Virus record (IMG/VR): IMGVR_UViG_3300037044_000248
Coordinates: 1 to 32,196 of that record
Direction: 5' to 3' (one strand)
Source of the DNA: a virus
Taxonomy: Duplodnaviria; Caudoviricetes
DNA: 32,196 bases
The notes under the pieces are model-generated. The model saw only the letters and a list, made by a program, of their open reading frames with translations. It searched no databases and was not told where the DNA came from. Positions 1 through 8,536 of this stretch are shown piece after piece. Positions within the stretch are counted from its first letter, which is position 1. Each line of letters opens with the position of its first letter. The position numbers and the translations under genes were made by a program.

Positions 1-207
1 TTATTCATGAAAGCCGTGGTCTGCAAAGTCATGAATGAAGTTCTCAATCATTGTCTCCGCTTCTTTCCATCGCTCGCGCCGATGGCGGTCTTCCGGGTTG
101 TGGGCTCCGCATGTTCCCTCAACGGCGACAAGGGCGCGTAGTTTTCCCTTGGCCTCCTCCCAGAGCATGGCCTTGGCTATCCCTATGGGGTCTCTATAAT
201 CGCTCAT
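1..207 (-). CDS. Hypothetical protein (68 aa, MSDYRDPIG...)
   Basis: ATG overlaps the integrase stop (ATGA at 204-207) with GGAGG upstream; this is the C-terminal part of track ORF 1..504. Confidence 0.7.
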   Translation of the reverse strand: MSDYRDPIGIAKAMLWEEAKGKLRALVAVEGTCGAHNPEDRHRRERWKEAETMIENFIHDFADHGFHE

Positions 208-1262
208 ACCGCCTCCTTCATCCTCCGCGCCTCCAGCTTCGCCACGGCATTGTCCGACAGGCTCGCGGTCATCGCCTGATACGTGTCCAGCATGGCGTTC
301 ACGGTCTGCACGGTCCAGCCCAGCACGGCGGCGATTTCCTGCGGTGTGCAGCCTGCCTCCGATAGCGTCGTGCAGGTTGTGCCGCGCAGGTCGTGGAAGT
401 GCAGGCCGTCGCACCCGGCGGCGAGCGTTGCCTTGCGCCAGTGATGCTGGAACGTGATTTGATGCCACGGCTTGTTGCCCGGTCCGGCGAGAATCGTGGC
501 GCATGTACGCGGCGCGGCGTCGAGGACGGCCCTCAGGGACTGTGTGACGGGCATATCGACGAGCCGGTGGCGCTTGCCCTGCCTGAACCGGATGCGCGTC
601 CCGTCATAGCTGGACCATGCCAGTTTCAGCACGTCGGCCTGCCTCTGCCCCGTGCCAAGCGCCAGTTCGAAGGCAAGGCGCATGTCGGCGGGTGCCGATT
701 CGCGGAACCGCTCGATGTGCGGCGGAAGCCACAGCTTGTCCGATCGGTCGGCGCGGTAAACCTTCTTTGGCCGGATCGCGTGGTTGATGCCGATGCGGCC
801 GCGATTCCTCGCCCACTCCAGCACGACGCGCAGGACGGCCATTGTGCTGTCTGCCTGCCTTGGGGACGCCTTGGCGAGCGTGTCGCGCCAGTCGAGGAAG
901 TAGCGGCGGATTACGGGGTCTTCGATCGCGGCGAGCGGGTGTCCGCCGAACCGCGTTTCGATCCGGGCGATGTGCTTCAGGTAGTCGGCTTTCGTGCGCG
1001 GCGCGAGGCGGGTATAGTCCGCTGACTTCATGTAGTCGTGCGTCAACTCTTTCAGCGTGCCCGTTCGCCCGGCCTTGACCGGCGCACTGATCGCATCGTT
1101 GTATGCACGCATGAACGCTGGCGTGCCGGGTGCGAAAGCCTCACTCTCGTCGCCGGGGAGGGGCCGCAGAGCACCGAAGCCGCGCAGATACCAGTAGGCG
1201 ACCGCCTTACCGTCCCTGCGCCTCCTGCGCGTCGCATAGACGCCCTTAAGCTGCGTGCGCAT
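204..1262 (-). CDS. int: Tyrosine recombinase / phage integrase
   Basis: 352 aa. Catalytic motifs TGQR, FHDLR, LGW (W at the second His position) and a downstream Tyr (LDTY). Basic N-terminal arm-binding-like region. Confidence 0.93.
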   Translation of the reverse strand: MRTQLKGVYATRRRRRDGKAVAYWYLRGFGALRPLPGDESEAFAPGTPAFMRAYNDAISAPVKAGRTGTLKELTHDYMKSADYTRLAPRTKADYLKHIARIETRFGGHPLAAIEDPVIRRYFLDWRDTLAKASPRQADSTMAVLRVVLEWARNRGRIGINHAIRPKKVYRADRSDKLWLPPHIERFRESAPADMRLAFELALGTGQRQADVLKLAWSSYDGTRIRFRQGKRHRLVDMPVTQSLRAVLDAAPRTCATILAGPGNKPWHQITFQHHWRKATLAAGCDGLHFHDLRGTTCTTLSEAGCTPQEIAAVLGWTVQTVNAMLDTYQAMTASLSDNAVAKLEARRMKEAV

Positions 1263-1497
1263 TCTCGTATTCCTCTGCCGGTGACAGCTTCCGCCCGCCC
1301 GTTATGCCCTGCTTCCGGTCGAGCAGGTAGTCATGCGCCTTCACATCGTACCGCGTCGTGCCGGGGACGGGGCCGGGGACGAGCCCACGATTGTGCCACG
1401 TGTCATAGGTCGCATGGCTGATGCCGCCCAGGTACTCGCAGATGCCGTCCTTGGTCTGGAGGCGGTGCGCGGGGTCGTAGCGTCGATCAGCGCCCAT
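1246..1497 (-). CDS. Probable excisionase / small winged-HTH protein
   Basis: 83 aa directly upstream of and overlapping int. ICEYLGGISHATYDTW...GLVPGP resembles AlpA/Xis-type HTH proteins. Confidence 0.7.
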   Translation of the reverse strand: MGADRRYDPAHRLQTKDGICEYLGGISHATYDTWHNRGLVPGPVPGTTRYDVKAHDYLLDRKQGITGGRKLSPAEEYENAHAA

Positions 1498-1548
1498 CGT
1501 CTCTCTCCCTCTGCGCCTTCGTCATCTTCCGCACGATCTCTTCAGCGG

Positions 1549-1842
1549 TCATGACTTCACCTCCTGCGCGGCCTTGAGTGCTGCGATCTTCTGTTCAAGC
1601 AGGCGTATCGTTTCGTCTCGGCAGGCAATGCCATCGTAACGCTCGGTTATCTCGTCCGTGATTTCTAGACGTGCCCGCAACCGCTCGATTTCATCGGCCT
1701 GTGCGGTGAGGGCTGCGGACATGGCGGGGATGAAACTTTCCGCTGCCGTGCAATCCCACGGGCGTTTTGAAACCGCTTCCGCGAGCCGCTTGTATTGCTC
1801 GATGTCCGCCCGCTCCACCAGCGCCTTGATCTCATCACTCAT
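1549..1842 (-). CDS. Hypothetical protein with coiled-coil (MSDEIK...)
   Basis: Track ORF 1549..1857 with the start moved to ATG 1842. Contains the ADEIERLRA phage coiled-coil motif. Confidence 0.7.
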   Translation of the reverse strand: MSDEIKALVERADIEQYKRLAEAVSKRPWDCTAAESFIPAMSAALTAQADEIERLRARLEITDEITERYDGIACRDETIRLLEQKIAALKAAQEVKS

Positions 1843-2062
1843 CGGGCTGCCTCTCACTTATGTACCGCGTGTCTCGATAGGACACGTTGATCCCATCCGC
1901 CGCGCCATGCCGGCCCTCTGCCCAAACGATAGTATGCTCGCCGGGCATTTCGAGTTCTGATCGGAAGCCGTCGCGGTATTGCACCGCCACTGAACGCGCC
2001 TTGAATTTCCGGGCAAGCGCAACGATCTCGCGGGCGAATTGCTCCCGCTGTTCATTTGTCAT
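1835..2062 (-). CDS. Hypothetical protein (75 aa)
   Basis: Overlaps both neighbours in the leftward operon. Confidence 0.65.
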   Translation of the reverse strand: MTNEQREQFAREIVALARKFKARSVAVQYRDGFRSELEMPGEHTIVWAEGRHGAADGINVSYRDTRYISERQPDE

Positions 2063-2294
2063 CGGTCGAACCTTTCTCGGGATGGCGGGCTGCGTCTATT
2101 TTCCCAGCGTGATAGCCGTCGTGGAAAGCATCCGCCGATACGGTTGCAACCGCCTTCTCCATGTACCGGCGGGCGATGGCTTCGAGTGTAGACCTGTGCG
2201 TATCGGCAAAACGAATAGACAAATGCGTTTCGCGAAATATCTCACGCACCATCTTTCCTGCAAGCGCGGCGAGGTCGTCGGTGGGTTGGGTCAT
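2052..2294 (-). CDS. Hypothetical protein (80 aa)
   Basis: Overlaps neighbours; ATGA coupling at 2291-2294. Confidence 0.65.
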   Translation of the reverse strand: MTQPTDDLAALAGKMVREIFRETHLSIRFADTHRSTLEAIARRYMEKAVATVSADAFHDGYHAGKIDAARHPEKGSTDDK

Positions 2295-2404
2295 GGTTTG
2301 GCCTTTTTATTCACGGGACAAAGCAGCAGTGGGCGCTTCCCTTTTCCGGGTTTGTGCTCAGTCTCGGGGTGTCCGCAATTCGCGCAAATCGTTCCATCCA
2401 GCAT
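2291..2404 (-). CDS. Small Cys/His protein (37 aa, MLDGTICANCGHPETEH...LCP), not in the ORF track
   Basis: Translated by hand. TGATG overlap upstream and ATGA overlap downstream fill the gap exactly. CxxCxH...H...C motif. Confidence 0.6.
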   Translation of the reverse strand: MLDGTICANCGHPETEHKPGKGKRPLLLCPVNKKAKP

Positions 2405-3453
2405 CACTTCTCTCCCGTCATCATGCGTTCGAGTTCAAATCTGGGTTGACTGGAATTAACAACTACCTCCAATGCCTTCTCCAACGCATCACGTCGTCCT
2501 TCGGTGTAACCGCGTGCTTCTGCTTCGGTGCGGACCTTATCAAATTCGGCAGCGAGACGCTCGGCGAATGTGACGTTGAATGAGCCGTCCTCGCAATGGA
2601 AGTCGGCGTAAATCTGTGCCGATGTAGCAGCAGCCTTCGTCACCCTAACCGCGCCCGCATTCGTCCCCGGCGGCATTCCACCAGAGCGGGAAGTGTCTGT
2701 GTGGGCCTTGCCGTATGCCGGGTTACATTTCAGCCATTCAGAATATGTAGAGTTTGACGCGCTGAACAAATGGGACTCTGGCTCAGCGGTGTTGCGTTCC
2801 GCTGCTTTGAAATCATGAGGCTGGAGATCGAAAGGAGCGTTGCAATGTGTTGAGCCCTTTTCGTCAGCCTCCCAACGATAACGACCGCAATAAGTGCAGC
2901 GCGTATTAGGTTCCGTCGCTTGTTCTGCAATCAACTTTGCACTTTCGAGGTCGGAGCCGTCATAGGTAAATTCAAGCCCTGCAATTCGTCTAAGGCAACC
3001 CTTCAACCGCATATTCTCAGCCCGCAGCGTGGCGAGTTCGGATTCGGCTTTCTCGGCGACCTTGGTAACGCGCGTGGTTTCCGCCTCGGCGGCGAACACT
3101 CTATCGGTTGCCAGAAAGACGTTATCGCTTGCTGTTTGTGCGGTTGCTTTCCACCCTTCAATCTCACCATCCTTGCTGGCGATCAGTTCGGCGATGGCTT
3201 GGCGGATGATGGCTACTGCTTCAACTGCACCGTTTCCCGTACCGTCATAGCGTCGTTTTTCCCATGCTTTGAACGCTACTTCCCAGATTTCTCTTGCCTG
3301 TTTCCACGTCGCCTCATCGACTTCCGGTTCCGGCGCGGGGGATAGGCGGTCGAGGATGGCGAGGGCCTGCGTGTACGATGGGCCGCCGCAGCCGTCGATG
3401 GCTTCGCGCAGCGTCTCGATATCTTTCTCGCTCACTTCCATAACCGCCACCAT
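2404..3453 (-). CDS. Hypothetical protein (~345 aa; coiled coil plus CxxC...C...H segment)
   Basis: Long ORF. An alternative GTG start at 3435 would be coupled to the upstream stop. Confidence 0.75.
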   Translation of the reverse strand: MVAVMEVSEKDIETLREAIDGCGGPSYTQALAILDRLSPAPEPEVDEATWKQAREIWEVAFKAWEKRRYDGTGNGAVEAVAIIRQAIAELIASKDGEIEGWKATAQTASDNVFLATDRVFAAEAETTRVTKVAEKAESELATLRAENMRLKGCLRRIAGLEFTYDGSDLESAKLIAEQATEPNTRCTYCGRYRWEADEKGSTHCNAPFDLQPHDFKAAERNTAEPESHLFSASNSTYSEWLKCNPAYGKAHTDTSRSGGMPPGTNAGAVRVTKAAATSAQIYADFHCEDGSFNVTFAERLAAEFDKVRTEAEARGYTEGRRDALEKALEVVVNSSQPRFELERMMTGEK

Positions 3454-3593
3454 TTCCTTTCCTTCACGACCTCCCGCTTACCGAACTCCCGCTCGATATC
3501 CGCGCGCATCAGGTCGGAGAGATGCACGCCGCCGTGATGCGATGGACGGACCTCGCACGGGACGCCGAGGCTGCGCTTTTCGATCAGGGTCAT
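3432..3593 (-). CDS. Small hypothetical protein (53 aa, MTLIEKRSLG...KWWRLWK), not in the ORF track
   Basis: Translated by hand; ATGA coupling to the upstream gene at 3590-3593. Confidence 0.6.
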   Translation of the reverse strand: MTLIEKRSLGVPCEVRPSHHGGVHLSDLMRADIEREFGKREVVKERKWWRLWK

Positions 3594-3994
3594 AGCGGCG
3601 CCCACTCCAACTCATCGACAACGGGCGGCGCGTAATTCTCTATTATGCCATCCGGGCCGACGTTCATGATGATGTAATCGCCGAAGCCGTTATCGCCTTG
3701 GCAAAGGTATTCGTTGGGCACATAATAGCCCTTCCACTTCGCGACGCGGTTCCCGGCATCGTCTTGCAGCCAGTATTCGCCAGCGTCGCAAACCTTGTAA
3801 TGGATCAGCGCCGTCGTTCCTACCGGCCAGCCCTCGATCAGGCCATCGGAAAGGCGAATGACCGCCTTCCACGTCTCGCCGTCCTTACCTGGAATAAGCG
3901 AGCCGTCTGCATCCTCGATGCCGTTGACCACCGCGTCTTCCCAATAACGAACATCAGCAGCAACCTCGATATGTGTGGCGCTCGCAATATCCAT
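3590..3994 (-). CDS. Hypothetical phage protein (134 aa)
   Basis: Acidic, globular-looking ORF with GGAG upstream. Confidence 0.75.
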   Translation of the reverse strand: MDIASATHIEVAADVRYWEDAVVNGIEDADGSLIPGKDGETWKAVIRLSDGLIEGWPVGTTALIHYKVCDAGEYWLQDDAGNRVAKWKGYYVPNEYLCQGDNGFGDYIIMNVGPDGIIENYAPPVVDELEWAPL

Positions 3995-4071
3995 CTCTAA
4001 TTCTCCCTACCACGCCGCCCCGTATCGCACGCAGCGTGGTTGTTGTGTCCGTGCTGTGGGGGGACGGGGGA

Positions 4072-4455
4072 CTATTCCTTGTCCGGTGCTGCAAGTTGGC
4101 GAAACTCAGGCATGGGCATCCATCGGGTCGCATTGACCGCGTAGTCGGTGGCGTCGTCATTGAGGTACGCAAACCAGCCGCCCGGCATCCAATAACTGTT
4201 GCCTGATTCCCAGCCATCACTTTCGTGGTAGCCATCTCGCCAAATAGCGACGGTGACGCCCGCTCCTGCCAGATAGTCGCCACCCTCTGCATTGGCAGCG
4301 TAATTCGTCAGTCGGTTTGGGTCGTCGGGGTCGTAATACGGATCGGCGTCATGGTTGAACTCGACAAGGACGGGGACTTTTTCATTCCTGTCCGCCGTCT
4401 CAATCGGCATCCAATACGCACTCAGCGCACGCGCGATGTCGGCGGGGTTAGTCAT
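4072..4455 (-). CDS. DUF551-like phage protein
   Basis: WMPIETA...ATRWMPMP bracketing motifs; start ATG in the ATGA overlap at 4452-4455. Confidence 0.65.
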   Translation of the reverse strand: MTNPADIARALSAYWMPIETADRNEKVPVLVEFNHDADPYYDPDDPNRLTNYAANAEGGDYLAGAGVTVAIWRDGYHESDGWESGNSYWMPGGWFAYLNDDATDYAVNATRWMPMPEFRQLAAPDKE

Positions 4456-4886
4456 CTCCGGTGCCACTCCAGCAGTTGCGTCAGGCGCTCGACTTCCTTC
4501 TCAAGCTCGGCAATGCGAAGGTTTTCCAGCACTTCCTGATGCTGCGCGAATATCGCTTCCCGAATCTCTCCGCCGTTGTGGTATTGCGAGAGCGGGTAGC
4601 GGTTCAGCGCCCACGTCTTGCCGGTGAGGATTGCATTGATCGTGCCGTCAACCGTCTGCCATATCTCTGTCTGGAGATTGCATTCGGTGTCGGAGACCAG
4701 CCATCCAGAAATGTAGCCCCACAGCTTGTCGCGAAACTTCTCGGCAAAGTCGTCAGCGAGCGCCTTGAAGTGCTCGTCCTTAAAGTTCTCCATGAACCGC
4801 TCAGCGATAGCACTGGCGCGCTTGTAGTCTGCCCCTAGAGTGGGGTTTTCTTCTGCAAAATGGTTTTCTTGATCCGTGAACATCAT
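4452..4886 (-). CDS. Hypothetical protein (MMFTDQE...)
   Basis: Track ORF 4452..4922 with the start moved to ATG 4886 (GGAGG upstream, TGATG overlap). C-terminal coiled coil. Confidence 0.72.
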   Translation of the reverse strand: MMFTDQENHFAEENPTLGADYKRASAIAERFMENFKDEHFKALADDFAEKFRDKLWGYISGWLVSDTECNLQTEIWQTVDGTINAILTGKTWALNRYPLSQYHNGGEIREAIFAQHQEVLENLRIAELEKEVERLTQLLEWHRR

Positions 4887-4999
4887 CACCCTCCAATCAA
4901 AATCCCGAACACCATCAGCCACAGCCCTACTGCACCCACGACAGCGCTGAACACGCGGTCGAAGCGGAGGGAGGGGAAGACGGCGCGAGCGCGTTTCAT
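4886..4999 (-). CDS. Small single-pass membrane protein (37 aa), not in the ORF track
   Basis: MKRARAVFPSLRFDRVFSAVVGAVGLWLMVFGILIGG; coupled at both ends (ATGA, TGATG). Confidence 0.62.
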   Translation of the reverse strand: MKRARAVFPSLRFDRVFSAVVGAVGLWLMVFGILIGG

Positions 5000-5259
5000 C
5001 TTTTGTATTCCATGACGTAGGCTTTCGCTTCGTCTTTGGTCATCTTCTCGCCAGACCAGTCGTTTGTGATCGGCCCATCGATTGCGTCAATTAGATCGCA
5101 GATGGCTTGCTTCTGGGTGGCGCTGTCACGCTGTTGCATCGCGCCCCATGAAGTAGGGCCTTCGTGGTAGCGCTCCACAGCAGCAAGCGCTGTCACATTC
5201 TCGCCGACATCCCAGCCCTTGAGTGTTCCCCATTTCAAAAGCAGATGTTCACCCACCAA
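4996..5259 (-). CDS. Hypothetical phage protein (~86 aa)
   Basis: LKWGTLKGW...ICDLIDA...NDWSG; overlaps neighbours. Confidence 0.72.
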   Translation of the reverse strand: MVGEHLLLKWGTLKGWDVGENVTALAAVERYHEGPTSWGAMQQRDSATQKQAICDLIDAIDGPITNDWSGEKMTKDEAKAYVMEYKR

Positions 5260-5503
5260 TCATCTCCTTAACAGCTTCCCCCATGCCGGGGCCGAATGTT
5301 GCGTCAATCTGTGCGAGAACCTGGCTCTGGATCGCGCGCATAGCGTCCTGCGATTGCTCGAACTGCGTCCACAGCGTCTCGCGCTTGGCGATGTCGCTCT
5401 GCACGTTGTGCAGGGCTTCACGGGTTGCCGCGAACGACTGCTCCTGTTTCCAGTCCGCGAATAGCTGCTCGATGCTCGGGCGGATTGCTGTGTGGACGGT
5501 CAT
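5249..5503 (-). CDS. Hypothetical helical protein (84 aa)
   Basis: ATGA coupling at 5500-5503. Confidence 0.68.
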   Translation of the reverse strand: MTVHTAIRPSIEQLFADWKQEQSFAATREALHNVQSDIAKRETLWTQFEQSQDAMRAIQSQVLAQIDATFGPGMGEAVKEMIGG

Positions 5504-5844
5504 TGTGAGGCGCTTTCGGTGGAAAACGGATCCGGCCCGCCTCGGATATAGTCCCGGATCGCTACATCCAGTGCATCGAAGTTAGGCAGCTCCGTCCAGA
5601 ACAGCCGGTGATAGCCGTCGTTGTCGTCATTCTCATCGAACGGCCACCCGCCGATCTGGATCGATTGCTTGGTTTCGACCGGCTCAAACGTCCTTTGTGA
5701 CGACGCGATGCCTAGATCGATTTCGACCGTATAGCCGAGGTCCATCGGTGTGCCGCAGTACGGCGCGTCCACGATAGGCCAAAGCCACCAAAGAACGTCG
5801 CCGACCTCTTCGGTCCACTCATCGTAGGGCCTGGGTTTGCTCAT
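5500..5844 (-). CDS. Hypothetical protein (114 aa)
   Basis: ATGA coupling; EWTEEVGDVLWW...PYCGTP motif of the kind seen in phage accessory proteins. Confidence 0.7.
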   Translation of the reverse strand: MSKPRPYDEWTEEVGDVLWWLWPIVDAPYCGTPMDLGYTVEIDLGIASSQRTFEPVETKQSIQIGGWPFDENDDNDGYHRLFWTELPNFDALDVAIRDYIRGGPDPFSTESASQ

Positions 5845-6401
5845 TTGCTGGCCTCGTAGCGGGCGAGGAAAGCTTTGGCTTTGCGCGCCACCTCAACGCG
5901 ATAAACGACATGATTAATGTCTGGATTTGGGTAATTGTCCCGCGCGAAACGGGCGAACTCTATGGCGCCTGTCAAGACTTCCTGGCGCCCCTTCTCGATC
6001 AACGCTTCGGCGTCTGATGATACGGCGGGATCGAGGGCGGCTTTAACGTGCCATACGATCGCGTCGTTGAGCGCCCGCTTCGGATCAATCTCATGGTCCT
6101 GTGTGTAAATATGACACATGACGAGTTCATCGATGAGCGCACCCTTCCAAGCATCCCGTTCCCTCTGCACGGTGGCGCAGGCGTCGGAGGCGCGGGTGTT
6201 CCATGCGGTGATTGCCTGCGCTTCGGTCTCATAAGCGCGATGACGATTGATGTCCGAATACATCAGGAAGCATTCGCCTTGATGATACGAGTGCACGGCG
6301 AAAGGATAGCGGGGATCGCCGTCTTCAAATAGTCGCGCCTCTCCACCACAAAACGGGCACGGCAGTAGCTCAGTAGGAGCCGTCACGACCTTCGCATCCA
6401 T
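5841..6401 (-). CDS. Lar-family restriction alleviation domain protein with C-terminal extension
   Basis: LLPCPFCGGEA...EAQAITAWNTRA signature; start moved to ATG 6401 (GAAGGAG upstream). Confidence 0.8.
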   Translation of the reverse strand: MDAKVVTAPTELLPCPFCGGEARLFEDGDPRYPFAVHSYHQGECFLMYSDINRHRAYETEAQAITAWNTRASDACATVQRERDAWKGALIDELVMCHIYTQDHEIDPKRALNDAIVWHVKAALDPAVSSDAEALIEKGRQEVLTGAIEFARFARDNYPNPDINHVVYRVEVARKAKAFLARYEASK

Positions 6402-6430
6402 TACAAAGCTCCTTCCATAATCGCGATATC

Positions 6431-6451
6431 GACAGGGTGGGTCATGCTGCG
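6431..6451. repeat. 21-bp direct repeat, copy 1 (GACAGGGTGGGTCATGCTGCG)
   Basis: Identical to 7081-7101; the two copies bracket the N6/N4 methyltransferase. Confidence 0.9.
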
Positions 6452-7095
6452 GACTCCACGAACATATCGCCCTGACGCTGTGCATCCGTGATGCGTTTCA
6501 CGGCGATGTCGAAATACTTGGGCTCCTTCTCGATCCCGATGAAGTTGCGGCCCATCTGTACGGCTGCAACGCCCGTCGTGCCGCTGCCCATGAAGGGGTC
6601 GAGGATGAGTCCGCGCGTCCATTCACAGACTGCGCGCATCAATTGAACGGGCTTCTCCGTGGGGTGAAACTCATTGCCGGTGCGCGGCGCTTTGATTACA
6701 TCGTTCGGGCGACCCTTAGGGAAATCGTGGTCCTCGCCGGGGTAGAACAGGCATAGTTCTGTTTGCCGACCGTGCTCATGCTCAAGGTCGCCCATTGAGT
6801 GATTGTTCTTTACCCATGTCACGACGCTGCGCGGCTTGGGCACGGCGAAGAGATTGTCCCACCTGCAGAACACGTATCGGCTATGTGTGGCCGGAAGACC
6901 GCAGGCCCAAACGAGCAACTCTTCGGTGTCGTCGTTTGCGATAGCAAGGTGGCGGTCGATCCGGTGGTTGCTCTGGAATTTCATCCCGAACGGCGGGTCC
7001 GTCACGACGGCATCCACCTTGCCCAGCGTCGGCAAAATCTCGCGGCAATCACCCAGCCAAAGCTGCGCCCGCCCTATGGTGACAGGGTGGGTCAT
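6442..7095 (-). CDS. DNA methyltransferase, N6-adenine/N4-cytosine (beta-class order)
   Basis: TDPPF catalytic motif before HPTEKP and the LDPFMGSGTTG SAM-binding motif. Confidence 0.93.
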   Translation of the reverse strand: MTHPVTIGRAQLWLGDCREILPTLGKVDAVVTDPPFGMKFQSNHRIDRHLAIANDDTEELLVWACGLPATHSRYVFCRWDNLFAVPKPRSVVTWVKNNHSMGDLEHEHGRQTELCLFYPGEDHDFPKGRPNDVIKAPRTGNEFHPTEKPVQLMRAVCEWTRGLILDPFMGSGTTGVAAVQMGRNFIGIEKEPKYFDIAVKRITDAQRQGDMFVESAA

Positions 7096-7101
7096 GCTGC
7101 G
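7081..7101. repeat. 21-bp direct repeat, copy 2
   Basis: Identical to 6431-6451. Confidence 0.9.
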
Positions 7102-7619
7102 CGGCCGATGAAAAGCGCCGGTGCATCCGCCTCATTCGTGAACAGATGCCAGGCGCAATTGTCCTTGCCCGTGAAGGGTGAATCCGCGATCCACTTCACG
7201 CGCCCAACGCTGACAATTTTCCGCAGAAAACGGGCGTATGGAGCGCTCTGACGGGTGTGAATCCAGTCGGCATCAAACAGCAACCACGTCGGCGCCTGCG
7301 ATGACAGGTTTTCGATGATCGGGTGCAGCAGCTTACGATCCCACGGCGGGTTCGTTATGAAGATTGACGGTGCCGCCGGTCTGTATTTGGTATCACGTGC
7401 GTCCATCGTGAAAACGTATGGTGCGCGCGGCTCAATGTCGGCGGCGTGGTCGAGAACATGACCATGCCGCGACAGTTCCTCGACAAGCCGGCCATCGCCA
7501 GCGCACGGCTCAATGAAGCGAGTGCCCGGCGAGAGGCTCGGCAACAGCGGCGCGACAGCCTCTTTCGGCGTCGGGTAGAAATCCCGCTCGATGCGCGCGA
7601 AGTCGGAACGCTTGCCCAT
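7092..7619 (-). CDS. Small DNA amino-methyltransferase (SAM motif before NPPW)
   Basis: DFYPTP, IEPCAGDG and ITNPPW motifs; start moved to ATG 7619 (TGATG overlap). Confidence 0.88.
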   Translation of the reverse strand: MGKRSDFARIERDFYPTPKEAVAPLLPSLSPGTRFIEPCAGDGRLVEELSRHGHVLDHAADIEPRAPYVFTMDARDTKYRPAAPSIFITNPPWDRKLLHPIIENLSSQAPTWLLFDADWIHTRQSAPYARFLRKIVSVGRVKWIADSPFTGKDNCAWHLFTNEADAPALFIGRAA

Positions 7620-7750
7620 CACAGCACCACCCCCAGCCCGAAAAGCGCCCAATGCCCGCCCCAGACGACAGCCAGAGCAATCACGACAGACGCAAAATAG
7701 AACGTCGCGAGTCCTGCAAGGTGACGGGGGCGGTAGCCGAGGATGGTCAT
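7619..7750 (-). CDS. Small membrane protein (43 aa), not in the ORF track
   Basis: MTILGYRPRHLAGLATFYFASVVIALAVVWGGHWALFGLGVVL; coupled at both ends. Confidence 0.62.
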   Translation of the reverse strand: MTILGYRPRHLAGLATFYFASVVIALAVVWGGHWALFGLGVVL

Positions 7751-8217
7751 AGTGCGCTCCCCTCAACGCGCTCACGGTTGGCCCGGAACGAGGTCAACAT
7801 TGCCTCGCAAGCCTTTCGCCCATGCACGCGTTCGACGTATTGCAATGACCAGTTCACACCTTCGGAAATGCCGTTGCACCTCCCGCGATGGAATTCGCGA
7901 ATGACGCGCTTCGATTGCTCGCTATTGATAGCGGCGAGACCGTCCCACACTGTGACAGGAAAGGCGCCCTTTGATTTCGGCTCGGCTACATTGAATACGT
8001 AGCAACCCGGCTGTCCAGACATCGGAGTTGTCCGCCACCACGTCTGGCGAACATCGTCCGCACGCACGTACCGCCGGTCATAGCCCGCATCGGCGCTGCT
8101 GCGCTTGTTGCAAGCATCAGCGAATTCCCATCCGCCGAAATGCCCGCGAGCGAAATATCCCATCAGGTCTCCGCCGTCTTCACCGGCTTCGCGCAGGTCT
8201 TCAATCTCAATCCCCAT
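7747..8217 (-). CDS. Hypothetical protein (156 aa, MGIEIED...)
   Basis: Track ORF 7747..8232 with the start at the TGATG overlap. Confidence 0.72.
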   Translation of the reverse strand: MGIEIEDLREAGEDGGDLMGYFARGHFGGWEFADACNKRSSADAGYDRRYVRADDVRQTWWRTTPMSGQPGCYVFNVAEPKSKGAFPVTVWDGLAAINSEQSKRVIREFHRGRCNGISEGVNWSLQYVERVHGRKACEAMLTSFRANRERVEGSAL

Positions 8218-8339
8218 CACACCACCGCCCACGCCAGCGCACCAAGCGCCAGCACGACAAGAGCGATCAGGATAGGGCTGCAGCCGTCTCGCGCAGATGC
8301 GTCAGAGCGGAAAGTAGCGGCGGTGTCTCGGTCGATCAT
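8217..8339 (-). CDS. Small single-pass membrane protein (40 aa), not in the ORF track
   Basis: MIDRDTAATFRSDASARDGCSPILIALVVLALGALAWAVV; coupled at both ends. Confidence 0.6.
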   Translation of the reverse strand: MIDRDTAATFRSDASARDGCSPILIALVVLALGALAWAVV

Positions 8340-8509
8340 GCTGCGATCTCCATCTCAATGGAGCCGACGCCCTCGCACTCGGTGCAATCGATCCACTTGG
8401 CGAACCGACGATCGGCAACGCCGTACAGGCCGCCTTCATCGGTCACGATGCCGTGGCCTTCACAGTCGGGGCATTCGACCTCGAGGGTGGTGAGGGTGGG
8501 GTAGGACAT
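8336..8509 (-). CDS. DnaJ-type zinc-finger microprotein (57 aa), first gene of the leftward operon; not in the ORF track
   Basis: CPDCEGHG and CTECEGVG (two CxxCxGxG motifs); GGGAG RBS upstream. Confidence 0.75.
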   Translation of the reverse strand: MSYPTLTTLEVECPDCEGHGIVTDEGGLYGVADRRFAKWIDCTECEGVGSIEMEIAA

Positions 8510-8536
8510 AAACGGCTCCCGTTGTGTTCGGGGAGC

